From positions 58,776,001 to 58,840,000 of the forward strand of contig NC_043000.1 of the NCBI RefSeq assembly GCF_006345805.1: DNA of 64,000 bases, given 5' to 3'. The position numbers were made by a program, and so were the translations under genes. This document shows, in pieces, positions 27,675 to 38,687 of this stretch (within the stretch, counting starts at the first letter, position 1; each line of letters begins with the position of its first letter). Under the pieces are notes generated by a model that saw only the letters and a list, made by a program, of their open reading frames with translations, did not search any database and was not told the origin of the DNA. This DNA comes from Octopus sinensis (Eukaryota).

Positions 27675-27906
27675 CTTTAGCATGAGGATCTATCTTATAA
27701 ACATGATCAAACTCTGGATAGACTGTATTCTGCAGCTGCCATTTCGCAAACAAGATTATCCTTTCTATCACATCTTCCAAATACACTTGTTTTGGCATAT
27801 CTGGGGCAGTAATAATATACAGAGCTGCTAAAGAAGCATCCATACTTCGCATTATTCTCTCCATTGTAATTTCTCTCCACAGAATTTGTTCTTCATCTTC
27901 TTCTTC
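27675..27906 (-). CDS. NIPBL: NIPBL exon (EEEDEEQILWREITMERI...YPEFDHVYKIDPHAK)
   Basis: Lies within ORF 27574..27930; donor gtaagg; strong NIPBL similarity. Confidence 0.95.
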
Positions 27907-28027
27907 CTTTAAATATAATAAAGTATGCATCTTAAAACACTTACATATACTTTATATATTATATTATACAACAATACATATTACTGAAAGATTATAGGAA
28001 TTTTAAAAATTATTTCTATATAAAAAG

Positions 28028-28385
28028 AGGTGTGGCTGTGTGGTAAGAAGCTTGTTTCCCAATAACATGGTTCCAGGTTCAACCCTACTATATAGCACCT
28101 TGGGCTACTATAGCCTTGGGCCAACCAAAGCCCTGTGAGTGGGTTTGGTAGATGGAAACTGAAAGGAGCCCGTCATGTGTGTGTGTGCCTTTGTATCTGT
28201 GTTTATACCCCACCACTGTTGGACAACCAGTGTTGGTGTGTTTATGTACTTGTAACATAGTGGTTCAGTAAAAGAGCCTGTGATAGAATAAGTACCAAGC
28301 TTTAAAAAAATAATTCTACTAAGAATTTTTCAAAGATGGTGCCCCAGCATGGCCATGGTCTAATGACTGAAACAAGTAAAAAAAA
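28028..28385 (+). mobile_element. tRNA-derived SINE family A, forward copy
   Basis: Head gtggctgtgtggtaag...ggttcaaccc (A/B-box-like); tail gactgaaacaagtaaaa. Confidence 0.8.
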
Positions 28386-28840
28386 AAAGAAAAATTCAAA
28401 AAGTAAGAGAGTCTATGAATGCAGGTGAAGATATTTACACATCAAATTTAATAAAGACTCAAGTAGCAAAGAAGCCTCTACAAAATCACTCAACTGGTTT
28501 TAATTAACAGCCAACTATTTCTCAAATAATCCCCTACTTTCTTAAAGACCAATAAATATACTGAATAAAGTACTCCTGAGTATGCCAGGGAGGCAAAAAA
28601 AGGAGAAAAAGAGAAGGTGGGGGTATTCAGAGATTGAATACCAGTTAAACGATGCAAATTTGTCACGCAATTATTTTTCCTCAAGATGTATAAATGATAT
28701 CAGAAAGCAATAGAAGCAATGGCTCAGCATGAAACAAACTCAAAAATCTCTAAAAAGTTATTTTCTAAAAACATAAATCAAAAATAAAATCAAAACACAT
28801 CATTCAGAAATACTCCATATAAGTACAACACAGATATAAA

Positions 28841-29262
28841 CTCTCTACTTATAGGCACAAGGCCTGAAATTTTGTTAGAAGCCTAATCAATTACATCAAC
28901 CACAGGATTCAACTGAGAGGTTGAAAGGTAAAGTTGATCTCAGCAGAATATGAACTCAGAATGTAAAAGCCAGAAGAAATGCTGCTAAGTATTTTGTCCA
29001 ATGCAGTAGCAATTCTGCCATTTTTCCACCTTAAATACAGACATAATAATGGCTTCAAATTTTGGCACAAGGACAGCAGGTTTGAGGGAGGGGCTAAGTC
29101 AATCAAATCAACCTTAGTGTTCCACTGGTACTTATTCTATTGACCCTGAAAGGATGAAAGGCAAAGTTAACTTCAACAGAATTTGAATTCAGAACGTAAA
29201 GACAGACAAAATGCCACTAAACTTTTCGCCCAGTGTGCTAACAATTCTGCCAGCTTGCCACC
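28841..29262 (-). mobile_element. Two tandem copies of SINE family B
   Basis: Core gaaaggcaaagt...gaactcagaa...ttctgcca occurs twice; each copy is followed by ttaaatacagaYataataatg. Confidence 0.7.
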
Positions 29263-29739
29263 TTAAATACAGATATAATAATGACAACAAAAATAAAATC
29301 AGGAAATACAAATATTATCTCCCTTTCCATCATCACATCTGCACAAATTACATAAAAAAAACCATTTCATACACTAAAGTAAACTTTGTAAACCTGACAA
29401 AACTTTTTTAAAGGCTACATTACAACATTAACAGCTTAACAAATATCTCCATAAAAGATTCTACCATCACACATGACATTCTAAAGACAAATTAATCTCA
29501 AGGTAACTGATCAAGCAGTTTACATGTGCTACACATATGGGAATAAATGACTGGGCAATGGTAAAAGAAAAAAAAATTGAAGGTCATCTAATACCAAATG
29601 CATCACTTTAAATGAACTTTTATACTGATAAATATTAAATAATTCAAGAGAAAAGAATAGGTGATGGTACAGTACCAAAGGTGAGGCAATTAGAAAATTT
29701 ACATAACTGTCAGAAACAATGCATCTTCGAAAACTATAC

Positions 29740-29826
29740 CTGGTTTATATTTGGAGTTAATTTCATGCCATCTCGAACATTCCATTGTAAAATAGCCAAT
29801 AATCTCACAAGTTTATCACCAGGGAT
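29740..29826 (-). CDS. NIPBL: NIPBL exon (IPGDKLVRLLAILQWNVRDGMKLTPNINQ)
   Basis: Acceptor cccttttcttgtag, donor gtatag, 29 codons. Confidence 0.92.
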
Positions 29827-30187
29827 CTACAAGAAAAGGGGAAAGAAAAAATACAAGTTAACACATTTTTAGCCTATTATTTTAATTTCAATAATTTTTT
29901 CAATTAAAAAGCAAAGTAACCAATTTTTTTTACAGGAAACCAGTATCAATCAAGCCATATCTGTTGATATATTGCTCTAATATAAGAAGTGATTTTGAAA
30001 GTCATGAAAAGAAACATTTATTTGTATTCTGCCTAAATATGTCAGTAAGAAGTAAGTAGTCTGGAATATGCAAAAGTTCATCTATTTTTTTCACCTGTAG
30101 TTTGGTCAGAAATAAGGGAGTTCCTCTTGAATTGGTGCAGGAAAATATGGTCAGAGAGGGATTTCTAGAGAATTAACATTTTGTACT

Positions 30188-30373
30188 CTTTTGTACTCTA
30201 GGCACAAGGCCCGAAATTTTGGGGGAGGGATACAACTGGTACTTAATTTATCAACCCCGAAAGGATGAAAGGCAAAGTCGACCTTGGCAGAATTCGAACT
30301 CGGAACGTAAAGACAGATGAAATACCACTAAGCATTTCACCTGGTGTGCTAACATTTCTGCCAGCTCACTTCC
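30188..30373 (-). mobile_element. SINE family B copy
   Basis: ccccgaaaggatgaaaggcaaagtcgacc...gaactcggaacgtaaagac core. Confidence 0.8.
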
Positions 30374-31427
30374 TTAATTAACTAACATCTATGCCGTACA
30401 GTACAAAACTTAATATTTTGTACTGTATGACACAATAGTTAGTGTAAAGTCCAGTGGAGGTTGATACAATATGGAGGACAAAAAAGGGAGACAGGCTGAA
30501 TGAAGGTGGTATGTGACAAACTAACCAAATGGAGCAGAGGATGCTATAGTAGTGATAAAACAGTCTATCTGTAAACCACAAGACAGAATGTGTTGGTGAG
30601 AAATTTTATAGTAGCTAAATAGTAGGTGCTATTTTCTTCATCTGAAGAAAATGAGTCGTTGTGAAACAATCTTTCTAATGGTGGGGAGCCTTGTAGAGTG
30701 ACATAGGATAATTTTGGACAAGAGTTATTTAGAGTGCACAGAGCAAGAAACAGATAAAGAGGCTTTTTTTGTTAAATGTACTATTTACAGAACCATCGTG
30801 ATTTAGTCTAGTTTTTAGTCTATCTGACTTAAGGAAGAATTCCTATTTTCCAGCTGAATGGAAGGTTACCAAAAAGCAAAAGATTAAAATCAAATCAAAA
30901 ACATTCACTTTTGAAGCATTAGTTCTTTTATTACACTATGTCCGGTTGGATGTTGTCTAACATTCCTACATCATGATCTAATGTACTTTTGTTAAAGAGA
31001 TATATTCTATCTATTGATAGAAATGTTTAAGCAATTGTTGAACAAAGACAACATAGAATAAAGAAACTCTTTGGTCTTACTGGGGACAAGGCATCCACTC
31101 AAATGACAGTGCCATAAAATGCACTTATTACACTCAGTAAAGTGGTTGGTAATAAACAGGAAGATATCCCATCATAGAAGCTATGCCAAAAATAGAACAT
31201 ACAAGCAAAACATGACCCTAGATCTATCTAGGAGGGCAGTAACTCTGAAAAAGAACTGATATTGAACATGACAGCTTGTCTAACTCATATCAGCTGGGAA
31301 AATGGAAGATATAGGGATGGTTTTGGTGATGGTGATGAGGCATGCATATTAACAGGCTTTAGAAATCAGGAATAAACCTATAAATGGATGTTGTAAAATA
31401 AAAATGGCCTTGTATGCTCATAATTAC

Positions 31428-31534
31428 CTGATTGAATACACCCATAGACTTCAACTTTGCTGCTTCACTACAAATCTCAGACATAACTTGCCTAGAGATT
31501 AATGACTCCGGTGGACATTCAACGTCATCGTCAT
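31428..31534 (-). CDS. NIPBL: NIPBL exon (DDDVECPPESLISRQVMSEICSEAAKLKSMGVFNQ)
   Basis: AG/GT boundaries; similar to human DDDEIPQELL...SESAKIKAMG. Confidence 0.93.
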
Positions 31535-32009
31535 CTAATAAAAGAAATGAAGAAATTTATAAAATAGAAGATACTGCCTAACTTAATAGTAATAGAAGGA
31601 TTAGATATAGCTTTGCTAGATTAACTTTTAACTGAAACAAAAGGCTACATACTTATTTCAAGGTATTACGAAACATAAATATTTTTTCACTGATCTTAGG
31701 TCAATTATGACATTTTAAGCTTAGGTCATATTATATATCATTTACATAAATTCTAACACTGAAATATTGTATTTGTATTCGTAAATTGTAAGCAAGATTA
31801 TTTGGTTTTCAATTAAAAACATACTATTGACATAATAAAATATGAATTTTAGATACTTATTTTTGAAGTAATATCAAGTTTACAAATTTGTGGATAAATA
31901 TTTCAAAATAAACCTAACAGTTTACAGTGAAGGAGGATACATGAAAAGAAAACAGAAGAAAAATACATATAGCAAATTTAATTAGATAAATAAAAAAAAA
32001 TTTTAAATA

Positions 32010-34217
32010 CTGTAGAACCTCGCAGTATGAGTTCACCATTTTACGAGTAATGTGTTGAGACTCATGTGAATGTTTGTCTTGAAGTACAAGTGGAAATCAG
32101 CAGTACACGCAAATTTCATACAAGCAACTGCTAGTCAGTGCTGAGCTTGTACAAGCTCTTCCAACAAGCACAGCCTTCACTCACTAGTTCATGTGTTTAT
32201 TTTATTGTGGTAGCATCCTTATTATGTTCTTTCCAGTATTTTGTTTTTAGTTCTGTGCACTTTTTGCTATTACTTTGCAATAATTAGTTGTGTTAGCAAA
32301 GGGTCTTAAGAAAATTAGTGCAAAGGACAGTGTTGAGAAGAAAAAGTTGATTACAATAGAATTGAAGCAGGAAATGATTGATAAACATGAGAGAGGAATG
32401 CGTGTAGTGGACATAGCATGTCAATACAACCAAAGTACATCAATGATATGCACCATTCTGAAGAAAAAGGACAAGATCAAGGCCATTACAATAGCAAAGG
32501 ATGTCTCCAGGCTCTCCACACAGCGCACATCTGTCCATGAAGAGATGGAAAAATTGTATCCCAGGGACCATCATCTGGGAAAAAGCATGAGTGCTGTATG
32601 GGAATCTCCTGAAGCAGAACCCAGGAACACTGACAGAGGAGACATCAGCAGATACATTTAAGGCCAGTCATGGCTGATTCAATAATTTCAAGAAGAGGAC
32701 TGGTGTCCATAGCATCATCAGGTATGGAGAGGCAGCAAGTTCTGACATGAAGGCAGCTGAAGATTTTGTGCATGAAATCCATCAGCTCATCACAGCCGAG
32801 AGGTACATCACACAACAGGTATTCAACTGTGATGAAACTGGCCTTTTTTGGAAAAAAAAATGCCCTGAAGAACCTACATAACTACGGAAGAGAAGAAATG
32901 CCAGGCCACAAACTTATGAGAGATCGGCTAACTCTAATCCTTTGTACCAATGCAAGTGTAGACTTGAAGATTAAGCTGCTCCTTGTCTACCATTCTGAAA
33001 ACTCACAAGCATTCAAGTCGCACAAAATCCTGAGGGAGAGGCTGCAGGTCATATAGAGGGAAAACATTCCTCTCAGGGCCCTCATCCCCAACAATGCTCC
33101 TGCTCGCACTCCTAGCCTCAAAGGTGATATCCTGGATGAATTTAAATTCATAAAAGTTCAGTCCCTTTCACGCAACACCACCCATATCTTGCAACCCATG
33201 GACCAACAAGTGATCTCTAATTTTCAGAAATTGTGTGCCAAACACCTGTTTTGTTGGTGCTTTGAAGTCACCGAAAATACATACCTAACCCCTCGTGTGT
33301 TTTGGAAAGAGCACTACAACATTGCTACCTGCCTGAAAATCATTGATATGGCCTGGCAGGGTGTAATGATGAGAATACTGAATTCTGCATGGTGGAAGCT
33401 GTGACCTGACTGCGTATCTGAAAGAGACTTTGAGGGGGTTTGTCTGAGACATCTGTAGTCAAGGAGACAGTGTCACTTGGCAAGTCCATGGGTCTCAAGA
33501 TTGACAGGAGTTGAAAATAGATGAACTGCAGTAACTTTCAGATGTGGTGAAAGAGATTGGTTCTATGGAGGAGGACATTGTAGCAGAGAAGGCTATCTCT
33601 ACAAGTGACATAAAGGCAGTGTTGGCAAAGTGGCAGTATGTTTCTAAATTTGTAGAAAAAAAATCATCCTGAAAAAGTATGTGCAGGTCATGCAGCTGCT
33701 TTATTTAATGACACTGTTCTGGTACATTTTCATAACATTTTGAAAAAGCAGGTTTCTTTTGATATGTTTCTAACGAAACAACCTATAAGTGTGAAAAGTG
33801 AAGAAAGTGAAGGAAAAGCCTAAATTAAGCTAAATGAGAGAAAAAAATGCCAGAAATTGTTCTTCCTCAAGTCTTAATGGAAGGAGGTGCTCCTCCCAAA
33901 CAATAATCCTCCTCCTCCCTACTCCATTGTCTTCCTTGTGCACAAATTGTCCCATCTTTAAGGTAATTAAATTAATAAAACCAGTTTACATATTTCTTTT
34001 GCATTCTTTTTTATTGTTTTTATAATGATCATTTTCCTTGTAACTGCACCTTTTCTGTTTTAAAACCCATGAAAAATGATTTTGGGTGGTTTGGGGGTGT
34101 TGGAACGGATTAATTATATTTGAATTAATTTCAATGGGGAAAACTGGTTTGTAAAATGAGTAAATCATAAAACAAGCTCCATCATGGAATGAAACTCATA
34201 CTGCAAGGTATCAATAG
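32010..34217 (+). mobile_element. Full-length decayed Tigger/pogo DNA transposon (~2.2 kb)
   Basis: TA flanks; TIRs share GCAGTATGAGTT; CENP-B-type HTH (ITIELKQEMIDKHERGMRVVDIA) and DDE remnants (MRDRLTLILCTNASVD, QPMDQQVISNF) split by frameshifts. Confidence 0.9.
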
Positions 34218-34282
34218 TATATAAAAGATAAAGAAGAGTATATTACACCAACAGTAGTGGGAAAGCCAGTAAAATTACTTAC

Positions 34283-34438
34283 CTGGATCCAAAGATCCAA
34301 AATCTATATCTTCAGCAGAATCAAACACATACTCAATTGATGTTACAAATTTTTTAAAAGTTGGACTTTCAAGAAGTTCATCTATAGACAGCGCTCTTTG
34401 ATGAAGCCTTTTATTTCTCTTTCTTCTCTTCTTTTGAG
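34283..34438 (-). CDS. NIPBL: NIPBL exon (QKKRRKRNKRLHQRALSIDELLESPTFKKFVTSIEYVFDSAEDIDFGSLDP), phase 1 to 1
   Basis: Acceptor ctttcatttcag, donor gtaagt; resembles human QKKRK...EMMDSSTFKRF. Confidence 0.9.
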
Positions 34439-34490
34439 CTGAAATGAAAGATTACAAGATAAATAATTTGTAAACTATATATAATAACCA

Positions 34491-34702
34491 TTTTAGCACG
34501 CCGGCTGAAATGCTTAGCAGTATTTCGTCTGCTGCTACATTCTGAGTTCAAATTCTGCTGAGGTCGACTTTGCTTTTCATTCTTTCGGGGTCGATAATTA
34601 AAGTACCAGTTTCGCACTGGGGTCAATGTAATCGACTTAATCCCTTTGTCTGTCCTTGTTTGTCCCCTCTATGTTTAGCCCCTCGTGGGCAGTAAAGAAA
34701 TA
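34491..34702 (+). mobile_element. 5'-truncated SINE family B with 15-bp TSD
   Basis: TSD tatatataataacca at 34476-34490 and 34703-34717; family B core. Confidence 0.85.
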
Positions 34703-35805
34703 TATATATAATAACCAGTGAATTCACAACTATAAATTTCAATTTATGTCTGAAAAGTTGACTCTAATGACTGCTCTAACAAACTATTGGAATAATAAAT
34801 TTTTCTTCTTGCTTACAGACAGGTGGCCCTCCAACATTGGTGGGAGGGATGGAGACATCTTCAAACTAGACATCAGTTCAGTTTTGACTCCTATAAAGGT
34901 GCTAGCTGATGCTGTTAAATTGGGTGAGAGACTGAGTCTGCCATCCAAGTAAGATTAGAATTCAGAATGCAAATAGCCAGAACAATTATTGCGTGGCATC
35001 CAGTTAAACATTCTTATGTCTCTGCTAATCCACTACACTGGATTCGTAGATTTTTATCAATCATGAAAGGACGAAAGGCAAAGTTGACCTTGGCAACAGA
35101 GTACAGATAGTTGGTACAAGAATTATTCTATTAGATTTTCGAACATCTTTGCTAATTTGCCAATAAATAATTTGTTAAATTATTTATTCTAGAAAAAGAA
35201 AATAGCCTTTCATCATCAGGTAAAAGATTTTATTAGAAACCTTTCTCTTTTTAAACTTCTTAATAGACTATTTCTTGCCTATTTCCGACTATTTCATGCC
35301 ACTAATTTTTAGCTATTTAAAAATAAGAACATTATACACACACACACACACACATAGGATTAGAGTAGTTTTATTAAAATTTTTCTTTTGAGAATTTTTG
35401 TCTAATCTATTACAAAATAATGAATGCTAGTTTATTCTTTTCACTCTTCTAATTAAAAACACTGCTCATATATTTCAATAATAAAGAGTTTTAAGGAATG
35501 AAAAAAAAAGATGGTTAATTAATCCATTATTAATCTGGTATTTTAAAAGTTAATTAAAATGTCCTTAGGTAAAACATGAAGGGAATGTTTATATTTAAAT
35601 ATAGATATTTTTAAAATTGATAGTTTTATATCCAAGGAGCTTGGGCTGTATCAGGCATGCTGGTGTCAAAAGGCACCATCTCTTTTTAATACTATGTTCT
35701 AAAATTCCAAAAGGATAGGTACTAAGTAGAGATTTTAACACTTCTTTGCATCTGAAGGGCATATAGATACACTTTTAGCCAGTGTATTCCTCAATCACAC
35801 AATAT

Positions 35806-36141
35806 TCTTTTACTTGTTTCAGTCACTTGACTGCGGCCATGCTGGAGCACTGCCTTTAGTCAAATAAATTGAGCCCCAGACTTATTCTTTGTAAGCCTAG
35901 TACTTATTTTAAAGGTCTCTTTTGCCAAGCCGCTAAGTTCCAAGAATGTAAACACACCAACATGAGTTATCAAGCTATAGTGTGGGGGACAAACACAGAC
36001 ACACAAACATATACATATACAACAGGCTTCTTTCAGTTTCCATCTACCAAATCCACTCACAAGGCTTTGGTTGGCCCGAGGCTATAGTAGAAGACACTTG
36101 CCCAAGGCGCCATGCAATGGGACTGCAGCCATGCCTGCACC
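35806..36141 (-). mobile_element. SINE family A copy with a deletion in the head
   Basis: Matches 5335..5810 but lacks about 40 nt of the tRNA-like part. Confidence 0.8.
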
Positions 36142-37316
36142 TGTGTTAAGATTTCATATTTCTCCCTTTAAATAACAACAATCATCAGATGAAACAGAAT
36201 TGGGGGGAGGTACTTTTTTTCTAACAAAAATTTTATATTGCCAACTAAAAATAAAACTATTATGCTTTTGCTTCAACTATTCAGAAAAGAATATCTATTA
36301 AGTAAAGAATATGGATACTCATTGTTAAATGACATACAAATGACTGCTTCAATAGTTATTCAATGTACAATGAGTTCAGTTAAGTGATCAATGATTGTTA
36401 AAATAAATAAAAATGGTTTTTACGTCTTTATGACCTATGTAACAATTAATATCCATGTTTAATGCAGATAAAATTTTGACCAGTTTATCTTGGGTTACTA
36501 GCTCTAGCTAAGTATTTAATCATATAAACTATATTATAAAAGTGCAAACTGCACACACACATAATATTGTTTGTATTCTTTTATTTGTTTCAGTCATTTA
36601 GACTGTGGCCATGCTGGAGCATTGCCTTTAGTCGAACGAATCAACCCTAAGACGTATTCTTTGCAAGCCTATTGGTCTCTTTTGCCAAACCGTTAAGTTA
36701 CAGAGATGTAAACATGGCAGCATCAGTTGTCAAAATAGAAAAATTTAACCTTTACAGGTATTTTTTAATAGGCTAGCCATTGATAAAATCTTTTTTCAAA
36801 AAAATTTATCCTACATTAGATGTAAATTTAATAGTGTTGACTTCCGGACTCTCTCACTCTGTGAAAGTTTTTAGTTCGAATCACACGTGTCTCAAAATGT
36901 GCTGAAGATTTTCTATTTTGGATATATTTGGGGTACTTAGGTCTGCTCAGGACTTAGTGCTTGCTTTTTTCATGAGTATGAGTAAGTATTTCATTTATGT
37001 CTGACATATTTATTGCTGAGGAGAAGAAAATTCTTATGAATTAACTTTGAAATTGGGACCAATACGGTAATAACGGAATTTTTTAGAAATTTCTATCGGC
37101 TTGTTTTGAGACGCATAAATTATAATGGTTATTGACAATTTGTCAAATTTCGGCATATTTGGCATTAGAATTTATCTTTTGCACTTATTTTATAAGTTAT
37201 TTATAAATTTAACCTTTAAAGGTATTTTTTAATATGCTAGCCATTGATAAAATTTTTTTAGAAAAAATTTTATCATCCTACATTATATATATATATTTAA
37301 GAGATGAGGAATTATG

Positions 37317-37484
37317 TACATTATTTACATTTGATGGATATTTGTGCTCATCTTGTTGGTTATTCACACAACATTTCAGCTGATATACCCTCCAGCCTTT
37401 ATCAGGTGTCTTGGGAAAATTTTTGAACCTGGGTTCTCATTCCTATGGGGGGTTTTTTTTATGTTGTTATCATTATTATTATTA

Positions 37485-37533
<49 letters not shown>

Positions 37534-37667
37534 CATTAAATCTTGGGGTTAGTAGCCTGTGCTCTTAACCACCTTGCCATATGCCTGTGGCCCACGAGTA
37601 TATAGCGTAGTGGTTAAGAGCATGGATACTAACCTCAAGATTCCGAGTTCGATTCCAAGCAGTGACC

Positions 37668-37706
<39 letters not shown>

Positions 37707-37853
37707 GCAACATCAAAAAAAAAAGAAAAGAAAAAAACCTTAGGAATGAGAGCCCAGGTTCAAAAATTTCCCCAAGATACCTGATGAAGGCTGGAACGTT
37801 GTGTTAAAAACAAACAAGATGAGGACAAATATCCATCAAATATAAATAATGTA
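37317..37853. mobile_element. Foldback/palindromic element with (TTA)n/(TAA)n arms and an inverted tRNA-like core
   Basis: Left and right halves are reverse complements over most of their length; central loop about 17-37 nt. Confidence 0.8.
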
Positions 37854-37894
37854 AATAGTGTGTGTGTGTGTGTGTATGTGTGTGTATACACATA

Positions 37895-38687
37895 TCTCTC
37901 TATATATAAACGGCAGTTTGTCTATCTGTGTGTCTGTCAGGTTGTACCCTCACTCTGACCACGGCTTTCAACCGATTCTGATGAAACTTGACACACACAT
38001 AGCCCAATGTCATAATTCAAAACTAACGCAGCGAAAATTTTGAAAAGTTCCCCCAGTTCTGAAAAAAAATCGATAAATTCGACATGGGTCGAGAATCTAA
38101 GCTTTTTATATGCAACACATTTTCTACAGACTGTCTAGGGGGGCGCAACTCGACCTTTTTAACTCTCGGAACACGTGGGGTAAGTATCCCAAAATGTATA
38201 AAAATGTACAAAAACGGCAAAAAAAGCGGGCAGCAATGTGAGTGACAACAACGAAAAAGTCAAAAGTGACCAAACTGAACAAACAAATGGAAAAGGTTTT
38301 TTGATGCACACGACAAAAGCGGTTTATAATAAACCAAGAGTTTGCAAGTAGTGTCCGAGGACCCTTAGGGTACGTCAAAAATTTAAGGTAAAACGTTTGG
38401 GGTGGTAGTTATAAAGAAAGTGTAAACAAAAAAAGTATTCGAATAACTTGCAGCTGCAGCAGCTATTAGCAGAAGTTGGGGGTAAAGTCTCGAATGTAAT
38501 TTCTTCCTGGTAGGAATTGGTTGGGTTGAATTATCGATAGCTGTTTGATAGTTATTTGGGAGTGAAGAGAAGACATTGCAACCTACACATGCGCCTTCAT
38601 TCCCTAGAGGGAAAGGACTAGATTGGGATTAGTCGTTGCCTACTAGGGGCTCTTACATACCCGGGCAACGCCGGGCTATGCTGCTAG
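37895..38687 (+). mobile_element. Non-autonomous Helitron, 793 bp
   Basis: Inserted A|TC...CTAG|T; subterminal hairpin CCCGG-gcaacg-CCGGG at 38660-38675; no TSD. Confidence 0.85.

Noticed and set aside
32290-33404. Three transposase-like ORFs as a domesticated TIGD gene
   Set aside because: Frameshifted, with stops, and bounded by TIRs and a TA TSD, so a dead transposon
37595-37670. tRNA-like sequences (also 28028 and 55640) as tRNA genes
   Set aside because: Incomplete cloverleafs embedded in repeat bodies, so SINE heads
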